The notes under the pieces: generated by a model | What the model saw: only the letters and a program-made list of their open reading frames with translations | The model's database searches: none | Told to the model about the DNA's origin: nothing | Program-made: the position numbers and the translations under genes | Part shown: positions 35,611 through 47,600 of the stretch, piece after piece | Position numbering within the stretch: the stretch's first letter is position 1 | Layout of the letters: each line of letters opens with the position of its first letter | DNA from: Oopsacas minuta | Lineage: Eukaryota; Animalia; Porifera | Reading direction: 5' to 3' | Length of the DNA stretch: 64,000 nucleotides | NCBI GenBank assembly: GCA_024704765.1 | Contig: JAKMXF010000111.1 | Coordinates: forward strand, 512,619-576,618

Positions 35611-37617
35611 TCACATAACTTGTAGTACTCTATGATTCTGATTATTGAACACCTGCTTAAATCCAGGAGGAGTAGAGAAGGTAACCAGCTCACAGAAGGC
35701 CACTTCTTCTTGAAAATTTTCATTCTCTAAGGCCAATGCGTCCGCTAGTTTGCACCCCTCTCTCGTTTCTTTATTACAGAACCCATCTTCCACGACTATG
35801 TAGTCTATCCCTATACCTTTCATTGTGTTGTACACGTGTGTAGGGCTTACTCTAGCAAATATGTGATACACTAACCTTGTCCGTTCTCTGATATCTTTAT
35901 TCTCATAGTGTGGATGGTTAGCAATAGGACGACCTGTTGATAGCTTGATATTGGCCATAGTAGACATGCTACCAGCAAACACAGCACGTTCTAATGTATT
36001 GTCTCTTATCCATAGGATCAGTTCTTCCATATTTGGATTATTATACTCCCCGTATACTCGAAGTTGTCTATATATGTTATATCCTCCTGTTAGTGATGAT
36101 ATTAGCAAGAATACCATTAGCAGTCTGTCCCGATTTTTACGAGTTAAAGTATTAGCAAACGGGCATGCGGGCAGGAGAGATACAAGCAAGCACATGGTTG
36201 GTGTGAAAAATAGTTTGAGTCTCATTATCAATATAGCTAGTACTGAGAATGCTATAGTCTGTAAGGCTATGTAGTATCTAGGAGCTTGATCAGCTGATCT
36301 GTTATCCACACAGCTGTTTAGTTTGAATGTATTGAGATATTCTCGTGTCAAATCAAACAACACGAACACACAAGCTGGTAATAGCAAAGTGAGACATACC
36401 TTACCTACATACACCCACCCTATGAAGTCAAACTCAGCTGCACATGTATATAACTGCGTGTCAAAATCCTTATAGTCTGTGAACTTTGATCTGAGTATAT
36501 TGAATATGTGATTATCGTCCTGTATACCTGACAAGCGTGATACTACAAACTTAAGCAGGAGAGTACCTGTTCCGACTATTGACACCTGTATGGTCCACCT
36601 TAGAAGATTGTTTGTGATTATACGGAGATATGAATGTATCGCTGTTACAGCTAAACAAACTAATAAACAAGGAAATAACAATGAAGAGAACAGCATTGAG
36701 TTAAAGAACTGTAACACGTAGTTTATAGCTAGTGCTGTGATTTGACATATAATTATAGCTTGATATCTATAATGTGATAAATACCCCAGTAAATAAATAG
36801 CCAGGAGAGATAGTAATTGTGTGAAGAGTGCGAATTGAGCAAACTGCCATGGAATCATGAAGCAAGTAGTTGATAGAGTAACAGCTGTAAAATGTTTCCA
36901 AGTAAAAGAGGTTGATTTTAGAGAATTCACTAGCACTAGAATTTGTACAAATAGGAAGGGGAAAGAGAAACTCTCCCTTAGAGGGGGTGTCCACATAATT
37001 CTCGTGGACTCTCCGTGATTATACATAAACTGAATTATTGAAAGACTTCCTCCCCACATGCTCCCACTCAAACTCCAACCCACATAGAACAAGAGTCCAC
37101 CTAGAAGCCCGTTAAGTGCGAATATACAGGTCACATAGAAATTGTGTATGTCTCCTACACCCACACATGACTCAACTACTGGCTGGTTGTACCCACGGTT
37201 TATTTTGTAACAAGTTCTAGGAAGACTATGACGTATAACTCGGAAGATAACTCCTAATATTACTTCAGGATACAAGTTGAATCTCTGTAGAGTATTTATA
37301 GTGGATGGATACTCGGTACTGTTATCATTAAGTAATTCATTTATCCCTTCTGACAAGCTAGGAGCTTCTGCTACTGTTTTGTAGTACGAGTAGTAAAGAC
37401 CCATTTCTGTCCGGAAAGCAAGCTCCCTCTCTAGAGTGGACAGGTGTGAAAAGAATAAATCATTCTCGAATAAACCAGATATATAGCAATAGTATAAAAC
37501 TCCTATACCAACTGCTATCGATAATGGTTTCCAATTTGCATAATGTTCCTCTACTTCTGTCACTCTCCTCGACCTGTTGGGATTATTCCTTTGCTTCTTA
37601 TTTGCTCGATCTTTCAT
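35611..37617 (-). CDS. DPY19L1: DPY19-like C-mannosyltransferase (multi-pass ER membrane protein); a short upstream exon (37887-37780) may extend the N-terminus
   Basis: FSHLSTLERELAFRTEMGLYYSYYKT, INTLQRFNLYPEV, WTPPLRESFSFPF, DFDTQLYTCAAEFDF, RLKLFFTP, FAGSMSTMANIKLSTGRPIANHPHYE; paralog assignment approximate. Confidence 0.9.
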   Translation of the reverse strand: MKDRANKKQRNNPNRSRRVTEVEEHYANWKPLSIAVGIGVLYYCYISGLFENDLFFSHLSTLERELAFRTEMGLYYSYYKTVAEAPSLSEGINELLNDNSTEYPSTINTLQRFNLYPEVILGVIFRVIRHSLPRTCYKINRGYNQPVVESCVGVGDIHNFYVTCIFALNGLLGGLLFYVGWSLSGSMWGGSLSIIQFMYNHGESTRIMWTPPLRESFSFPFLFVQILVLVNSLKSTSFTWKHFTAVTLSTTCFMIPWQFAQFALFTQLLSLLAIYLLGYLSHYRYQAIIICQITALAINYVLQFFNSMLFSSLLFPCLLVCLAVTAIHSYLRIITNNLLRWTIQVSIVGTGTLLLKFVVSRLSGIQDDNHIFNILRSKFTDYKDFDTQLYTCAAEFDFIGWVYVGKVCLTLLLPACVFVLFDLTREYLNTFKLNSCVDNRSADQAPRYYIALQTIAFSVLAILIMRLKLFFTPTMCLLVSLLPACPFANTLTRKNRDRLLMVFLLISSLTGGYNIYRQLRVYGEYNNPNMEELILWIRDNTLERAVFAGSMSTMANIKLSTGRPIANHPHYENKDIRERTRLVYHIFARVSPTHVYNTMKGIGIDYIVVEDGFCNKETREGCKLADALALENENFQEEVAFCELVTFSTPPGFKQVFNNQNHRVLQVM

Positions 37618-39001
37618 TTTCTTTAACTTGTTGAGCTACTTGAATCAGCAGTACAGATACATAGCTGGCTTATGGTTGATCTTGATTCAGTAATTATTAG
37701 TGCAGCAGCCACTATACAGCAGCCATCAGTAGCTTCCTACATTAGCTTTGTAGTCATCCATCCTAATTGAGTTATTTACTTGTTTATCATAGGAACTGGA
37801 CCCTTCAGAGACTTGTTTTCGGATAGACGAGGATGCTGCATATTCCAGGGTTGACGTGGGAATGGAATGGGAATTTGGTTTGTACATACGTCACAAAAAT
37901 ACTCCAATAACTTTCACTTTTAACATATAAACCTATGACTAATAATAATCTAATTAAAGAACATCTCCTCTCTCCATTTGATGTATAACCCCTCCCTGAA
38001 TAAAGTCACTCTTCTCTAAATAGCAAACTACAATACCAAATGTTTTAATTATTAATTCACATTACCTTGCAGTTCCTTCGGTGAATGTACTAAGTCACAA
38101 GCTATCCAGAACTATTGTATTAATTGTATCTTTGGCTATTGGAGGTTCTGAATCTCTACCTGGTATAACTTGTGATCCTCTACTGCTTGCTATAAAAGTA
38201 TTACATTTACCCCTGGGAATTATAGGTTAGTTTACCATTTGGTTAAATCTGGAGCTCACAACTTGGGGTCCATGTATCCTTGGCGGGCCACAGACGACAG
38301 CAGGGGGTCCACAGGTGAAAAAGGTTGTGACCACTGGGTTAATCAATGCTAAATTTCGGATCATTTGTTCAGAAACAGAACCATATATTAGTGTAAATTA
38401 AATACGATTATTCGGTTAAGCCAACACCGTGACACTATTAATTAAGCAGAGTCTACTGTAGCTGTATATATAACATGCTATGCTATGCTATGCTATAACA
38501 TCAGGAAACACTCCCCCGATTCCACGAACTATTCAGAATTTGAATAACTATTTGCAATTGTTATACCGTCAGAACATTGCTCAGTTTCCAATTCTCAATT
38601 ATTTACTCATGCATTTTAGAAATGTGGTTTTTGTATACAAATTTGCATTTTCAAAATCACCACGCATAGCAAATATTTACGGATTCCATTGCAAACAATT
38701 GGTCTATTTATACCTGCATCTTCTCAACTAATGTATATATTCACTTTAGGTGTCAATTACTGATATTAAATGTGATTAAATTCCCTTTCACTTGTTATAT
38801 TCCACTCGATCTTTGATCTGTTCAGGGAAATCCATTCATCTGTCACTGTTTATCAGGGACTTCATTGCCCCAGCTGTCCTATTTGATATTTCAACTGTTA
38901 GGGTTCCTTGCATTTCAACACAAGCATTATGTACATAAGAGTAACAATAACTTGTTACTTACACAAATATATTTAGACAAATATAGCTGTATTCAGCTAA
39001 A

Positions 39002-41377
39002 ATGGCACTAACTTTCGAAGAAGCGTGCAGGATATTAGAGGTTACCCCGGATGCCTCCGAAGCTGACGTCAAGACGGCCTATCGTAAATTGGCTATGAAA
39101 TGGCATCCAGATAAACACGAAGGCCCTGAGAAAGAGAACGCGACACAGAGGTTCCAGGAAGTCTCCGCGGCCTACCAGAAGCTGACAACAGCTGAGGAGG
39201 ATTCGATAGAGATTGGAGATTTCCAAGACGCTTTCCAGTTCTTTATGAGAATATTCATGGCGCATTGTCAGGACGAATGTTTCTTTGATGATGACTTAGA
39301 GTATGATGATGAGTTGCCTTACACTTCAGAGGAGTATTACAATACTTCTGAGTACTCGGATGAAGATGGCCCGCTAGACTATCAGTACGCTAGGGACGAG
39401 AAGCCTCCAGGGTTCGCGCGGACAGCTGAAGAGGCATTGAAAAATGCTGAAGAACTTATTCGGCAGGAAGCCGAACAGAAACGGCGATTAGAAAAGAAAA
39501 AGACAGACGGACAACGGAAACGAAAAAATAATCGAAAAAGGAAACGATTGAATAAAATAAAAACAACTATAGAAGACAAATTTATTATCGAGAAAAATAA
39601 AAAAGAGGAAAAACCACCTCTTACGCCACCTCAACCACCTAAACAGCCCCTGGGAAATGGAGAGCAGAAACAAAATTCCAACTCTAACCCTTCTCCAAAT
39701 CAGAAAACTAAGACTCCTAACGGTAAATTACATTCTCTCCCTCCTAAACAAGCTAAGCAATCAACAAAGAAATCTAATTCCGTATCTAAGCCTGATCCTC
39801 CTACCAATAAACAAACAGCTAATACAAACAAACAAACAAGGAACAATAAAGAAGTAAACAAACGTAACACAATCCATGAGGATAATTCTAATAAAGATTC
39901 TAATAATCATTCAGCATTCGTAGTAGTATCTCGTAAAAAGAAGAAAGCAGCTAGTACCAGTGTTATCAATTCTAATGGGTCTATTCCTCAGGGTAACACC
40001 TCTCATAAGGTTCATATGAATGGGACCTCTCAGTCCAAGCCTGTACCTTCTACTAATGTACATCCTGTCTGTAAGCCGACGGAGCCTTCTCACCTTGTCG
40101 CTTCCTCTAGTCCCCCTCATCAACCACCTCCTGTACATTCTAAGTCACAGACTAAGGAGACAATCCCTCCGACCAGCACCTCACCTGATCTCCCTGCCCC
40201 CTCCCGTCAGGAACCTCCACCCCTTAACAAACCCTCTCTCACCTTCAATCAAGACCTCCCTCAGAGAAACGATCTCCCCCAGCAGCAGTTCAATCCTATC
40301 TTTAATCCGATGCCTTCCCCTTACGTAGAGCCATACGCTGAAGAGCGTCCGCATATGACTAACACAGCTCACGTGGATGAAGCTATCCATCTAGCCGAGC
40401 AGGGAAATGAGTTAGCTAGTCACGAACAATTCCCTATAGCTATTGAAAAGTTCACCAGTGCTATATTCTATAACCCCAAAGAGTACCGTTACTATGGCAA
40501 CAGGTCTCTATGTTATGAGAGATTGGGAGATTTTGAGATAGCACTAGCTGATGCGGATAAAGCTATAGAACTGAGACCTGACTGGCCGAAGGGATATTTC
40601 CGGCGTGCTCGAGCTCTCAGGAGTCTCAAACGATTCTCCGAGGCAGAAGAATCCTTGTCTATTGTCCAATCTCTGCAGGGGGTAAGTGAGGACCTAGAGT
40701 GTGAGGTTAAACTTGTCAGAGCCTTACAGCTCCAGGAGTTCGGCTTCACAGCTAGTCAATCTCATAAAGCTATGAAGCTATGCACTACATACCAACAAGC
40801 TATTGACCTGTTAATACACGGTCAGATTTCAGATTCAGAGGATGATAATGTGTATCAATCGGATGATGAAGGCAATGGTTATAAGAGAATGTTTGAGAAT
40901 CCCTCCTGGTCAATGGCTAATCATTATCAACCTTTCCATTCCCAGGGAGCACATGCCCTCTCTAAGCATCATAGTACCTCCTCCGCACAACCGGGACGCC
41001 AGGTCGGGATTAACGAGGAGCCAGGGACAGTAGCCTCCCTTTGGGTGGGCAACATAGACGTACACATGACAGAGAAGGAACTGTCAGACTTATTCTCAGG
41101 AATAGGCAGAATTCAGTCAGTTTATTTCCTCCCTAAAATACAAGGTAAGAACAGGGCAGCGTTTGTTAACTTCACACAAGCAGATGACGCTGCTAATGCG
41201 ATTAATTCTCTACAAGGAGTTGAGAAGTACGGGAAATGTCTCCTCCTCAGATACCCGGACAATCCTAAACCTCCTGAGAGTCTCCCCGGGGGTAAGGTCA
41301 CCTGCAAGTTCTGGCTTCAAGGGAGATGTGTCCGAGGCAATAAATGCGCATTCGTTCACCCCCGGAAATCAAAATGA
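39002..41377 (+). CDS. Multidomain protein: DnaJ J-domain, acidic/basic/Pro-rich linker, 3 TPRs, UBA-like segment, RRM and CCCH zinc finger (TTC31-like C-terminal half)
   Basis: AYRKLAMKWHPDK (HPD); AEQGNEL...YYGNRSLCY...DADKAIELRPDWPKGYFRRARAL (TPR); SLWVGNI and AAFVNF (RNP2/RNP1); CKFWLQGRCVRGNKCAFVH (C-x7-C-x5-C-x3-H). Confidence 0.85.
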   Translation: MALTFEEACRILEVTPDASEADVKTAYRKLAMKWHPDKHEGPEKENATQRFQEVSAAYQKLTTAEEDSIEIGDFQDAFQFFMRIFMAHCQDECFFDDDLEYDDELPYTSEEYYNTSEYSDEDGPLDYQYARDEKPPGFARTAEEALKNAEELIRQEAEQKRRLEKKKTDGQRKRKNNRKRKRLNKIKTTIEDKFIIEKNKKEEKPPLTPPQPPKQPLGNGEQKQNSNSNPSPNQKTKTPNGKLHSLPPKQAKQSTKKSNSVSKPDPPTNKQTANTNKQTRNNKEVNKRNTIHEDNSNKDSNNHSAFVVVSRKKKKAASTSVINSNGSIPQGNTSHKVHMNGTSQSKPVPSTNVHPVCKPTEPSHLVASSSPPHQPPPVHSKSQTKETIPPTSTSPDLPAPSRQEPPPLNKPSLTFNQDLPQRNDLPQQQFNPIFNPMPSPYVEPYAEERPHMTNTAHVDEAIHLAEQGNELASHEQFPIAIEKFTSAIFYNPKEYRYYGNRSLCYERLGDFEIALADADKAIELRPDWPKGYFRRARALRSLKRFSEAEESLSIVQSLQGVSEDLECEVKLVRALQLQEFGFTASQSHKAMKLCTTYQQAIDLLIHGQISDSEDDNVYQSDDEGNGYKRMFENPSWSMANHYQPFHSQGAHALSKHHSTSSAQPGRQVGINEEPGTVASLWVGNIDVHMTEKELSDLFSGIGRIQSVYFLPKIQGKNRAAFVNFTQADDAANAINSLQGVEKYGKCLLLRYPDNPKPPESLPGGKVTCKFWLQGRCVRGNKCAFVHPRKSK

Positions 41378-42240
41378 TTCCTCAGTAGAGCTCTGCTGTT
41401 TTAATTTTAAACAATTTTAATAATATTAAGTAATTCTCAATATTGTCCTTTGAGACTTCTACTTTAATTAAAATTGCCATAGAATATCACTTTCGTAGTT
41501 TATTGATATTTGTTCGTATATTAAGTATGATTATTTTGATGTATTTACCCTATTTTAATATTATGACTAATTATGTAAGTTTTGAAACCATTTATTGAAT
41601 TTACAACTTTGGAGATTATTTCTGATTTTTTAGTTTTCACATTTGTGATAAAGCCTTGGATTTGATTTATCGGGTTTTAAAATATGTAATTATTTGAAAA
41701 ACATTCTATTGTCCTCAGATCTCGTGAGTTTCTTGTTTGTTTATGGGTCTCTATTTTGAATTAATTTCTTCATTATTGTTTAATTATACCCTCAATACCA
41801 TATATGGTCATTAAACTGTTATAACATCTGAAAGGAAGAATGCTAATGGCCCAGGGCTGAGAGGGTCTAAGCAATATATATATATATTGCTATTATCCCA
41901 GACACCTCTAAAGTGTGTACAACGCTCAAGTCCAGCTCCCATCTGAATAATCCTAGATCTGCCCCCTGCTAGTATTCCCATAGCCAAGTTTTCCCGGTTA
42001 AAATTCCAGTGGTGTTCGCCTATTAGCATGTTTCTTCAACGACTTAGAGTCTACTGTATTTAGAATTGTATATTCAGTAAAAGCTTCGATGGAGATCAAA
42101 TTCTCCCTGAAAGGGTGTCCACAGTTCCCCTAATATAATAATCTGATATATCTAAAATAACTGCAACTTGATCCATTCACTATATTAATATATACCTATC
42201 CTGGTAGTTACCTAATCAAACAAATACCCAAGCTGTAGTC

Positions 42241-44328
42241 ATGGCAGGTATTGATGTAGAGAAGCTACTCAAACATCTAAAAAAGGCATTGGATTTCCTT
42301 CAAAAAATTCCAACTTTGGCAAGTCCTCTCCATGAATGGAGCAGGAAGGAACTCATTGAGCTGTTAACCAAGGATATGGTAGACTTTGAGATGGTTGTAA
42401 AGGCTCCTATGTCTCACCTTAATGAAGGGGGGCCAGATGCTGAGCTGGTGGATAACCCCGGGTCAGCGAAAAGAGGGTTGAGACGTAGTCCTTCCAAGGC
42501 TTTCAATTTCAACAAGAGACTGTTCAAAGGTGAGCTTACGATTGAGATAGGACAGAACGGTGAGGTTATCATTAAACAAGGAGGCGGTAACACAGAAGGA
42601 ACGGGTAAGGACAAATCCCAGAAACCTCCGGAACCTGAACCTGAGGTTGATTTTGGAGAGGATGATGATCTCTATGATGATACGGCGACAGTACCGGAGG
42701 AACAGGAAAAACAGCCCGTGGTGGAGAAACCCAAGAACATTGGAGCTAAATTCGGATCATTTTTGAAGTCTAAAGCTAAAGTTCTATCTCCACTTCCTGA
42801 TCGTAAGAGAGCTGTTCACTCAGGGAAACTGTTAGTGAAGATTGGAATTCTGAATAAACTGACTACAAAGCACTGTGCTATTAAACAGGCACATCTATAC
42901 TACGGGAGTGCTGAGAACACACCATCTGAGGGTAAGATCCGTCTACAGGGCTCTAGTATAACAGAATTGGAAGGAAAGGATACGTATTCATTTGAGCTGA
43001 CTAGCTTGGACGGTGATAACTATATGTTATCTGCAGAGACCGCTGAAGACCGTGAGACTTGGATTAAACAGCTGAAAGATGCCAGGGATAATTCAGGTAA
43101 GGACAGATCAGATTCAGATTCTAAATTTATGTCCAGTCTAGAGAAATCTTCATCTGCTCCTGCTAAAGGGAAGGGGGTGTCTGCTCGTAGGATATCTGTA
43201 CCTGAACCTGAGCCTATTATAGAGGAACCAATACTGGAACCTGAACCGGAACCGGAACCTGAACCTGAACCTGAACCTGAATCATTCGACCAATCAGTAT
43301 CTGCGTTAGGTAACGCCCTGGAAGATGCTCTAGCTGACGAGGGAGAGGGCATCTGTGAGAAGAGAGGATGGTTGAAGCGAGTAGGGAACCTGTCTTCTCA
43401 TAAGGTATGGGTTGTTGTGTCAGGCCCCCAACTGACTATCTACCGAGACGAGAAGGAGCAGGACGTAAAGGAGGAATACTCAATCTATGGAGCTAGAATA
43501 TCAACAAAAGGCCCCAATATCAAGATAACCATGACTGATATCAAGAAGGGAGTAGCTCTATCTCCCATTTACAAATCAACTCTTCCGGATGCTAAATGGT
43601 TACAAGTATTCGCTAAAGCTATACAAGCAGAGGAGGACATATATGAAGAGTACATATCCCCAGAAACCTTGGTGACTGATCCATCTAGCAAGAAGGGAAT
43701 TGGTACTTCTTTCAGACAGACTATGAAAGTAGGATTCAGTATGTTCTCCCGGTCAGAGGAGGTACAAGGTAATCCCACTTATGCCGGGACCCTATGGTAC
43801 CAGGAACCAAAGGCCGCCCGGTATACACAGAACTATTTCACAGTTGTGGGGGACTTCTTGGTGCACTATCAGTCTAAAGGAGACACACAGGTCCTAGGAC
43901 GTATAAACCTCTCTAAATGTTATGGTATGTGGTTAGGCCCGTACGGAGCAATGAAGAATGTTATATGTTTATCACATGACGGAAAGAAAATCCATTATTT
44001 CTCTATATTATACCTGGATGATGTAGAAGATTGGTTGGAGGCTTTAGGTAAGAAGTTAGTCGATTCAACTTGGTGTACGCATTATGATGACGTCACTAAC
44101 CAAGAGGTAGCCCCTGGAGTAAGTGTTAAGCAGGTATATCAAGCTATATACTCACACAAAGCAGATACACCCCATGAGCTAGCTCTCGATCAGGGTGACT
44201 TAGTACATGTTAAAGAGTTCAGTGGTAATGCTTGGTTATGTGAGAAACTTGATAAAGCCATGAGACAGAGTGGTAAGGCTGGTTACGTCACAGGGTCTTA
44301 TCTAGCTGCTGCATATGCTGCTTATTGA
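42241..44328 (+). CDS. SKAP-like adaptor: N-terminal helical dimerisation-like segment, three PH domains and a C-terminal SH3 domain; intronless
   Basis: PH ends AEDRETWIKQL, AKWLQVFAKAI, DVEDWLEAL; SH3 YQAIYSHKADTPHELALDQGD...GYVTGSYL; acidic tyrosine motifs EDDDLYDD and EEDIYEEY. Confidence 0.75.
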   Translation: MAGIDVEKLLKHLKKALDFLQKIPTLASPLHEWSRKELIELLTKDMVDFEMVVKAPMSHLNEGGPDAELVDNPGSAKRGLRRSPSKAFNFNKRLFKGELTIEIGQNGEVIIKQGGGNTEGTGKDKSQKPPEPEPEVDFGEDDDLYDDTATVPEEQEKQPVVEKPKNIGAKFGSFLKSKAKVLSPLPDRKRAVHSGKLLVKIGILNKLTTKHCAIKQAHLYYGSAENTPSEGKIRLQGSSITELEGKDTYSFELTSLDGDNYMLSAETAEDRETWIKQLKDARDNSGKDRSDSDSKFMSSLEKSSSAPAKGKGVSARRISVPEPEPIIEEPILEPEPEPEPEPEPEPESFDQSVSALGNALEDALADEGEGICEKRGWLKRVGNLSSHKVWVVVSGPQLTIYRDEKEQDVKEEYSIYGARISTKGPNIKITMTDIKKGVALSPIYKSTLPDAKWLQVFAKAIQAEEDIYEEYISPETLVTDPSSKKGIGTSFRQTMKVGFSMFSRSEEVQGNPTYAGTLWYQEPKAARYTQNYFTVVGDFLVHYQSKGDTQVLGRINLSKCYGMWLGPYGAMKNVICLSHDGKKIHYFSILYLDDVEDWLEALGKKLVDSTWCTHYDDVTNQEVAPGVSVKQVYQAIYSHKADTPHELALDQGDLVHVKEFSGNAWLCEKLDKAMRQSGKAGYVTGSYLAAAYAAY

Positions 44329-44666
44329 GGTGTTTTATATATATCTGTATATGATAGTTATTTGTTTTATGGATTTTGAAGGAGTATACGATATTTTAGT
44401 TGTATTATTTTGTTGTATTTTATTGTTCATTGTATTATTACTGATATAATATTGTGTAACCTCAACTAACGTGATGTGATGGACTCCGAAAAATGCTATC
44501 CCGTTCGTAGAGATTCATTTCTATTGGACTTGGAATTCTGTTTCCACAAGTTCCTCATTTCCACAGGCCCGTTTGTGGAGGTTGAAATTTGACTATATGT
44601 TTGTATATTTCATTAATAGAATTATCTGAATAGAGAAATAATATAGCAAAAATATTTAACAGAGTG

Positions 44667-47600
44667 ATGAATCCAGAACTTCCCAGATACACAGAAGCTC
44701 TGAGAATATTCTCTAACCTATCAGGACACCTACCTACCGTAGATCTATCTGCTACAGATCCTGTTTCAATTGTATTGAAGAAGTTTAGAGCACGTGAGCC
44801 AAAAGTAATATTTTCTATTAATCCTATAATAATTACATTTATAGAAGTTGTGTCTAGACTGCATCAGAGAATGCAACATCTCTCCCTCCAGAGTCTGATA
44901 TCACTATACCCTGGGCTGATCTCTGCCAGATAGCTACAGAGATAGTCTCTAGTCAAAACGGGCGGAAAAAGGCTGGGGAGATCAATGATAAACTGAATGA
45001 GATATATGCTATGACTGCTAAGGTAATTTCCTTAGTGATAAAATGGTTATAATGGAATGTTACTTTCCTGAATATTTGTAGGTCATAGGAGAAGACGCTA
45101 CCCCTGAGGGTATCGAGCAGGGGTCCATATTCTTTTTTAGATTATTCTTAGACTCTAGCAGTGTAGACAAAGATAAGGGTCAGAAAATTAAAGCTATGTT
45201 CGGTCCCTTTCTCCCTACAACTGTAGGTCAGATAGCTCATTCAGTACAGAGCATTTTAAATACTACCCCCGCTCTGAAGGATATGTTATCTCCTTCTGAT
45301 TGTAATCGTACTTTATCTGAGGATATAGAAGCCCCGAGGGATAAGATAGAGGCTGTACTGAACGCTAAACCATTTGGAATAGATATTCGCTTTAATCATG
45401 TGAAACCGTGTAGTAATGACGTCACTATACTCCAAAGTGATTATACAGACGAGTTCTCTAATGTTATCTCTCATGAGGAAGGATTAGTGAATGGAGATTT
45501 TACTGTTGATACACAAGATAATAGTTCCAGATTACATGCTGATACACAAGACAAAAGTTCCAGTTACCCTCCCTTTTGGTTGCTAGACCAACTTAAGATG
45601 GTGTACCGTACATCAGAGGCTAGGGAGAAGTGTGGGACTGTTATTAACCTCCTGTCTGGCCCAGAGGGTGACGAGCTTATAGCTGATCAGCTGTTTGACT
45701 GTCTGGGGGATACTGGTATCGAACTGGTACACATTCTCTTAGAAAACAGGTTAGTAACTATCACTTATGTATCACCTGTTAATTTATGTGACGTATTAAA
45801 GATATGAGATATGTCGTGGTGCATCACCCCAACTGTTCTCTCTTGACTCAATACCAGGCCCTGCAAAGAGCAGAGGGCCTGTTATAGCTGGTTCAGTTCT
45901 CGTACAGTCACAACATGAGAAAGATTTGGCTAAAAAGCTAAGAAAAAGTAGGAGGAATGAAATGAAACAAACTGACAGAGGACTAGATGATGAAAAATTC
46001 GATCCTAAAATCCTCCGTGCTCAACGGGAGCTAGAACTTCAAGAAGCAAAGAGAAGACCTCTATTCTCAGGAGCCCCGTCTCAACATAATCTCCATCCAG
46101 CTGATCTATATCCTCATGTATTCGATGAGTTAGGCAAACTCAAAATGGTAGCTGCTAGCATAGGACAACTCAATCTGTCTCTTCCTAGCAATATCATACG
46201 TAGAGATACAATTGTGAGTAATTTGAGAGGTGTTAAATAATGGAACTAATTAGTTAATATCATTAATTTCTATAGCAACTTGAAGAGGTCCGTATTCCAG
46301 TACTAGAGGATGGAGACAAGTTTGTAGACTCATTCCCTCAAATCCGTGTTGATACTCTAGATGATCTAGCCAAGGGAGCTTTCAAGGAAGATAAGCTTAA
46401 CGTTATACAGAGTGCAGTATATGATACAGCATATAACTCTAACGAGAATCTGTTAGTTTGTGCTCCTACAGGTGCTGGTAAGACCAACATAGCTCTCCTC
46501 ACTATGCTACATACGATCAAGCATTATTGGTTCCAGGGTGAAGTTAAAGTAGAGGAATTTAAGATAGTTTATGTTGCTCCTATGAAGGCCTTGGCTGCTG
46601 AGATTGTTCGTAAAATGAGTGATAGACTCTCTCATCTGGGATTGGAGGTACGGGAGTTAACTGGAGATATACAGCTGTCTAAGACAGAGGTTAAGTCTAC
46701 TCATGTTATTGTTACTACTCCAGAGAAATGGGACGTTGTTACAAGGAAGTCTACAGGTTAGTAATTCTAGAGATTAATATTCCTGACCACATTCCCTAGC
46801 AACGAACTTTTAGAGCAAAATAATATTTATGCATCTATTATTCCAATACAGGAGATGTCTCACTTGCTCTGAGCGTAAAGCTGCTTATAATAGATGAAGT
46901 ACATTTATTACATGATGACAGAGGCCCTGTACTAGAATCACTAGTAGCTCGTACAATTAGACAAGTAGAGACATCTCAAAAGATGATTAGGATAGTTGGT
47001 CTATCCGCTACACTACCTAACTATATCGATGTAGCAATGTTCCTACAGGTTAATCCGTATACTGGGTTATTCTTCTTCGACAGTAGATTCAGGCCTGTTC
47101 CTCTATGCCAGACATTTATTGGAGTTAAAGGACACAACAAAATGCAACAACTCAAAGATATGGATTATATTTGCTACGACAAGGCACTAGCAATACTCAA
47201 GGATGGACATCAGGTATATATTTCAGCCGAATATCAATTTGTATGTGGGCTTATAGTCCAGAGGCCTAGAGGTTCCAAACTGATCCCTGTCCCAAACTTC
47301 CATATTCTGTGGACCCCTGCTGTCGTCCGTGGATCACCAAAGGGTCCATGGAGGCTGGAAACCAGTTGTTTATGCTATAATTATAGGTGATGGTATTTGT
47401 ACATGCTCGCAATGCTACGGTCAGAACAGCAGAATTCATAAAGGAACAATCTAAGAACAAAGGAGATACTCAGTACTTCAGAGCTCCTTCCAGTCCCGCC
47501 CTGGGTATAGCTGAGAAGTCAATAATGAAGTGTCACTATACTCCTCTTAAACAGCTGTTTCATGAAGGAATACTCGTGCATCACGCAGGTAGTATATTTG

